From assembly GCF_009914755.1 (NCBI RefSeq), contig NC_060945.1: DNA of 64,000 nt. One strand, written 5' to 3'. Below, piece by piece: positions 52,959 to 64,000 of this stretch; the stretch's first letter is position 1, and each line of letters begins with the position of its first letter. The position numbers were made by a program, and so were the translations under genes. The notes under the pieces are model-generated. The model was not told where the DNA came from. It did not search any database and was given only the letters and a program-made list of their open reading frames with translations. This DNA is from the human T2T-CHM13v2.0 reference genome, Homo sapiens.

Positions 52959-53321
52959 TTAAGGGTATTGGAAAATCAAGTAACAGCGTAAGAGTTATCA
53001 CAAAGTCACTGCAAGCAGGAGCTGAAATAGTCAACTAACCCAGATGGAGCTGAAAAGAGGAATTGCGAAACCATGACTGACCAGATGCTCAGGGAAAGGG
53101 CAGGTCTCGCTGAATAACTGAGAAAATAATACAAATATTATGAGAATAAATATCTTTGTTGCCACACAGAAGAATGTTATTATTGTGTTCTGTAGACAGC
53201 CGATACACCGCCGAGGCCTGCTAAGGTGTGCTGCATTCACATCCACAGTTACCTCCCACCTCATCCCCCCATTCCACTGATGTAAGCTGAGGAAGAAGAG
53301 GAGTTTTAAGAGGTATCCCAA

Positions 53322-53830
53322 GTGGTTTAGTTACCCACTCATGTGTAACAAACCACCCCAAAATTCAGTGGCTTAAAACTAATCATTTATTTTGCTCACA
53401 AATCTCAATTTGGACAGGACTGGGCAGGAACAGCTTAACTCTGCTCCATGTGGCATCAGGTAGAGTGACTAAACCAGGGCTGGATGACCTACTTTCAAGA
53501 TGCCTCTGTCACTGCGCTGGAGCTGCCTGTCAGCTGGGAGCTCAGCCAGGGCTGTCCACGAAGAGCCACATGTCCTTCTCCTTCATGTGGATCTCGCCAC
53601 AGGGCAGCTTGAGCTTCCTCACAGTATGGGAGCTGGACTCCCAGATGGCATGTTCCAAAAGCCCAGATGGAGGCTCCAAGGTTTCTCATGATCTGGCCTG
53701 AGAATTTTCAGAATGTCACTTCTACCATATCCCAATGGACACACAAATCACTAAGGTCAGTTCAGATTCAAGGGAGGGGGAAGTGACTCCGCCTCTCAAT
53801 AGGAGGAAAGAATTTGCAGCCATCTTCAAT
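53322..53830 (-). mobile_element. Old MLT1-type LTR
   Basis: GTAACAAACCACCCCAAAATTCAGTGGCTTAAAAC..CAGATTCAAGGG..GCAGCCATCTT. Confidence 0.75.
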
Positions 53831-54659
53831 GCGCTGCAACAAGTTTGTGCCAGCAATTAGTCTTCCCCTTCTGCATGAGAATGACATGTCCCTAAATGGG
53901 CATGCTCCTTTGGCCCAGGACCCTGCACAAGAGAGATGTAGAGAGCAGAGAGCTCAAAGCAGAGTCACAGCTGGAAACAGCGCAGCGAACCTGCTGAGCA
54001 TGAGTAACATACCCAAGAAACTAGGATTCACTGTTAGAAGCCACTGGGATTCTAAGCTTATCTGTTACTTCAGCAATCTGATTAACACAATGTGCAAAAC
54101 TGCATTCCTGACAACAGCCTTCTAAGCCCTTCCTGCTACATTCCCCATCTGCACAAGTGACCCACCATCCACCCACAGGCCATCACCTCCTAACCAGTAT
54201 GGACATGTCTCTATCTCAGCGTTCCTACTCCCAACACTCATCAAGCCCATTATATTTTCCCACGTGGCCACAATCTGTTCCAGGTTTGCTCCCCTCCAAT
54301 CCCTTCTGCAATCTGCCTGAATTGTGACCTTCCTAAAGTGCAAATCTGATCATTCTGCTTTAAAAAAAAAATAGTTTTAGCCTACTGTCCCTGGGATCAA
54401 GTCCAAATTCCTGGTTAACACATATAAGCCTTGTTTGATGTATATATTATGTCCATTTGCCATCCAATTTGAGTATATTCAATTCTGCTACATAGAAAAC
54501 AAGAAAACCAATAGCATGGATGAAACTCATAGTGAGTCAAAAGCTTGTAAGACACGCTCAAGACAGACAAAATAAGTGGAACATACGTGCATTGAACATA
54601 GATAAAAAGGACAAAACCAGAGTGTTAGTCCTAGGCAGAAAGTCACGGGAGAACCAATC

Positions 54660-54885
<226 letters not shown>

Positions 54886-55599
54886 AGGGCCAATCTTATC
54901 AAATCTTAAATATTAGTAAGACACAAACTATGCCACTTGACAGTTATATCATCCTTAATTTGGCCACCCATTTTGACCCCATTTATATACTGTCTAGAAA
55001 CACATGAAAAAACACACACAGCATCCCAGCAGGTCTCTGGTAAGCCACAGCTATTGCAGACATATATATCCAAATATCTCCAACAAAGCACCTTCCACCT
55101 TCTGGGCCCTTGTGTAACTTCAGCTCTAGTCCTTGTGCTGACACCATTGGCAGGGAAGGCTGATGCAGCAGAGAGATAGGACTCCATGTATGAACATTGC
55201 ATGGCCCAGGATTCAGATTGTGCTGCTTCCATTCCATAGGCACCTGATCCTAAGTGTTAACCAATCCCAGAACTCTCCCCTTATTTCTTGCTGCATGTTT
55301 TGAATTGATGTGATAAACAATGTGATTCGAGCGTCTTAACTCAGCCTATGAGCCTCTCTATTCTGTGACTGCTGGAATAGGCTGCTTGGCCATGTTCTTG
55401 GAAGCTACCACCATATCAAGGTAATTTCCCACACAACATTCCAGCCCCTGCTTTCCTCTCTGGCCTTATCTAGGGCCATTCCCCAACTCAGGTGAATGCA
55501 GACTCCAAATGTACTGAGCTGTGTGCAGGGGCCAGGTGCAAATGCTTTCTGTGCATCTGCACATGCTGTTCTACCTGGGAAGTCCTTTCCTCCTTTCAC

Positions 55600-55892
55600 C
55601 TATTTTTACCTTAAACCTCAGACATCATCTACCCTGGAAAGTCCTTCCTGACCTCACGCATCTAAGTAGGTCCCCCCCATAATCCCTATCCATGCCTTCT
55701 ATAGTACTTAACATGGTGACCTTTAATTGTTCATTTACTTAGCTCTCTGCTCTCCCACACTGTGAACTCCTTACAAACAGGGAATGTCATCTCTGAATGA
55801 ATCTTTCATCTCCATGTAACACATGCCTCCAACCCTACCTAGCACACAATCTGGCATATACCAGGCACTCAATAAACCTTCAATGAATGCCT
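55600..55892 (+). mobile_element. L2 3' end fragment
   Basis: CCTAGCACACAATCTGGCATATACCAGGCACTCAATAAA..TGAATG. Confidence 0.7.
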
Positions 55893-56702
55893 TGATCAAG
55901 TACAAGGAACATAAGCAAATTTCCTGTGGAAAAAAAGAATTGTATTAAGTTCTTTGGGTCAACAATTCTTACTAAATGCAATTGCTAATATAAGTATAGA
56001 AAATATTGAAAACTGAGCTGAATCTGCCATCACTTGTTGGTATTACTGCATCAAGCAAAATAAGTGAAACGTAGCTGTTCAATAAATGTTAATGAATGAA
56101 TAAGCGAAAATATGAGTATGTGAATGCTACATTTTTTAAAACTGAATTTTAAGATCCATTTATCTGTTGTTGGTAATCTGTAGAATGACCACAGATCAAA
56201 GCCATTTGAAATATCCAAAATTCAAAAAGATATTTTAAATATCTTTAAGAGTTGTATAGTCTTAAAGATGTGAAAAAATAAAAGATCCCATCAATTCAAA
56301 TGTCCTTCTTCCATAATATATTTTTCTATTTAATACCTTAGGACCCTGTTAAATTCAAATGGCTGTGAAGTCAGGTAGAACATACACACACAGATTCATA
56401 AGAACCCCCCAAAATGCAAAATCCCATCAAGCAGTCAACCCAAATGGGAACTGTCAACTTGGCTAGAAGACAGTGAGCTATGAGATCAATCCCTTTTTAA
56501 GTTTTGAATCCTAATTTATAAAATGGAGCTCGGGGTAACAGCCAGAGTGGTCAACATGAATGGCTCTGGACGTCTCTAGCTCCTGGTTGCAAGACCCACT
56601 GATGTCTCTGATCACAAGTGAAATTAGTTAACTGGACTGTGGCAATCCTCCTTGTTGGGAAGGCATTCTCCTACCCCAGAAAATTAAGAATTAAGTAACC
56701 AC

Positions 56703-57058
<356 letters not shown>

Positions 57059-57079
57059 TCAGTTAACTGAAATGATAGC

Positions 57080-57760
57080 TGTGATAGAGATGCTAATTAT
57101 CTCCCAAAATCTAGCCTTTCTTTCTCCCTTACAAGAACAGAACTCCCAGTTTCTGCTGAATCCATGACTGTCCAGCTAGGGAATGCATTTTGCAGACTAC
57201 CCTGCACCTAAGTGACCAAGGGGGCTATGTGACAAAGTTCTGTACAATGAAATGGGAGCAGAAGTCGCCACGTGAAATTTCTGAATCACAACAGTATTTT
57301 TTTTAATTTACTAATTTTTTAGAGATGAGGTTTCACTCTAATACAATGGCAATCAAAGCTCACTGCAACCTCAAACTTCTGGCCTAAAGTGATCCTCCCA
57401 CCCCAGCCTCTCAAGTAGCTGGGACCACAGGCGGGAGCCACCATGCCAAGATGGATCACAGTTTTAAAGAGGAAACTGGTTGTCTCCCAACCTTCTCTCT
57501 TCCCCCACTCTGAAGGCTAGATGAAGCTGACACTGGTGGAGTAGCACGGGAGCCAGACTCTAGCAAGAGAGAACCACTACCTAGGATAGAGGAGGGAAGA
57601 CAGGAGAAGGAACCAAGGAAGAAGATGAGGAAAAAAATGGGTCCCTGGATGGACTTCCAAAGCAAAACCACTGCCCAGAGAGAGAAATTTAACTTCTAGC
57701 TTGTTTGAGCCCCTGTAGCTCTGGGTCCCACTGTTATACAACTTAGCCTGTATCCTACAT
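57080..57760. mobile_element. Old ERVL LTR (LTR33-like) split by a minus-strand FLAM (57298-57450)
   Basis: GGCTATGTGACAAAGTTCTG..CAATGAAATGGGAGCAGAAGT motif; family from recall. Confidence 0.55.
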
Positions 57761-58016
57761 AATATAGTAACTATGTTCCTTAAGACGCTGTACATCTTTT
57801 AGCCCCATAAAGACATATAATTAACAATTTAGGAAATTAAAAGCACGGCAGTCATTATTTTATGCTAAAAAGGAACCTGAACATATTTGATATTTTATAT
57901 AATTGCAATATTTTGGAAAGTCTGATCTTGGCTTTAAGTTGAAATCTTACTAAATTTATATATAATATTAGAATATATAAGAAAACTTCAAGTTTACCAT
58001 ATTTGTAAATTTAATA

Positions 58017-60305
<2,289 letters not shown>

Positions 60306-60635
60306 TAATGTATACGAATTATGTAAGTGTTCAAAAACGTGGTGTCTGTTAATCCAGACAACTTAAAAATCTAAAAAGAAACTGGGAGGAGGGGTAGGGG
60401 GAGTCATGAGGAAGGAGCAGGAGCAAGTAGATGGACTCAGGGGGTGGGGAGGCACGTGTAGTTCTAGCGGTGAGTTCATGGGTATTTATTGTATTATTTC
60501 AAATCCACAGGTGAATGAGATCCATGCATAAACCAACGATGAGAGTACATTTGGAACAAGGAGTATGGTTAACCCAATTCTGTGTACCTAGAGTCCTAAA
60601 ATGAAATGAAATATTTTAAGATATTTGAGTTTGTG

Positions 60636-61662
<1,027 letters not shown>

Positions 61663-61840
61663 GTTACCATATGACAAGGCCTCTTTGTAGTTCAAAAAGA
61701 AAAGCCAGATATTAGCAATTTCATGTGATTTGACCTACTTGATTATTTAATTTATATTTTCAATAAATTCAAAATCATTTTTAAAATAAAAATAAAGTTT
61801 ATGAATCGTCTTTTCTGCATATGAAAATTAGCCCTGAATT

Positions 61841-62468
<628 letters not shown>

Positions 62469-62663
62469 TTAGCCCTGAGTTCACCAAAACCGTCGTATCA
62501 ACAGCTGGTCTTCTTCTACCAAACATAAGAGACACAAGTACTGTTTGACTGGACCTAGGTTAATAAAAGCTTTATTTTGGAATCTCAATGATCTAGATCT
62601 CTTTAAAACCATTAATTCGTTCTCTAGTTACTAGAAAGGATAGAAGCATTGGTTAAAATCTTA

Positions 62664-63060
<397 letters not shown>

Positions 63061-63129
63061 CTAAGTTTTCTTATCTTCAAAATGGCAATAATAATAATGA
63101 TAATACTTTGTAGAGCCGTTAAGTATTAG

Positions 63130-64000
63130 TGATGACAGCTGCAGCCAGTCTGGAGCAGGGTAGGCGCGGCCAGGGATACGCGCTCTGTGGAACCAGGGGG
63201 AGCTGGGAGCAGGCAGGAGCCCTTCCCGCTTCTGAGTTGGCAGGGCAGGAGCCCAGTGCTCCCAGGCATAACTGCAGCCTCCCAGCCACAGCTGCGGACC
63301 TGGGCATCCCTGCACTCTCAGGGGTCCCAGAGGCCCCCGCTTCCCCACAGGCTTGGAAGTGCCTGATCCCGCTGCCTGGCCTCTTCCTGCTCCCTGTGCC
63401 CGCTCTGATTCTGGAGCAAAATTGAAGCTGAGCCTGGGCGGTGTCGCAACCCGGCCAGGTGAGTGCTGCTCAGGATGGCGCTGACACACCAGCCCCCTGC
63501 CACCTCAGCCCCCCTCTATACTTTAGGAGCCACTCTGGACCACGAGGATGGGAGGGAGGCCGAGGAGGGGCTGAGGACGGCTGGTTGCAGGCCTGTAGGC
63601 ACCCCTCAGCACAAACAGCCTGGGCACCTTGGACAACATGACTGACAGCAGAAGGCAGACAGGCTCATAGGTAGAAAGGGGCGGGTCCCTGGTGACGCCC
63701 TGCCTTCAAGCCAAGACCAGCCCAAAACCTGGGGACCTGGCTGTCAGTTCCAGGTGAAGCCTGTGGCCCAGAGTGAGAACTTAGAGTGCTTTTTCTGGCC
63801 CGCCCATGGCTGCCCATGGACCAATCAGCACGCGCTTCCTCCCTTCTGAGCCCATGAAAACCTCAGACCCAGCCAGACTCACACAGAGGCTGGGACTACC
63901 AGCTGCAGAAAGGAGCTACCCACTTCAGGTCTCCTGAGAGCTGTTCTGCCACTCAGTGAAGTTCCTCTCTGCCTTGCTCACCCTCCACATACCTCATTCT
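63130..64000 (+). mobile_element. ERV1 LTR (MER52-like), runs off the window
   Basis: TGATGACAGCTGCAGCC start; GC-rich U3; CCCATGGACCAATCAGCAC CCAAT box; GGAGCTACCCACT..CTGAGAGCTG R-region motifs. Confidence 0.75.

Noticed and set aside
63061-63645. Cluster of GC-rich ORFs at the window end
   Set aside because: They lie within the MER52-like LTR; low stop density follows from GC content

Overview
Human (primate) intronic and exonic DNA from the 5' half of HLCS (holocarboxylase synthetase, biotin-protein ligase), transcribed on the minus strand. Four coding exons are supported by translation and GT-AG boundaries: 43024-43186 (contains the MEDRLH start; the frame is also open for 37 codons upstream), 40641-41584, 34448-34630 and 1057-1328. 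The catalytic C-terminal exons and the most 5' exons lie outside the window. A candidate non-coding/alternative exon ends at 51513 and carries a uAUG-rich hairpin. A decayed, intronless DPRX-like PRD-class homeobox retrocopy (47443-48306, + strand) sits inside an old L1 and is split by an AluJ. The rest is repeat-dense: about 54 Alu/FLAM copies plus L1M, L2, MIR, MaLR/ERV LTRs and Tigger/hAT DNA transposons. Almost all short ORFs in the track are Alu-derived artefacts. I see no prokaryote-type system such as CRISPR. The most notable non-standard observations are a possible stop-free back-spliced HLCS circle, an age-dependent Alu strand asymmetry, a 78-bp unique-looking direct repeat bracketing one exon, and a stop/uORF cassette that could switch the HLCS N-terminus. 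Repeat coordinates and subfamilies were read by eye and are approximate.
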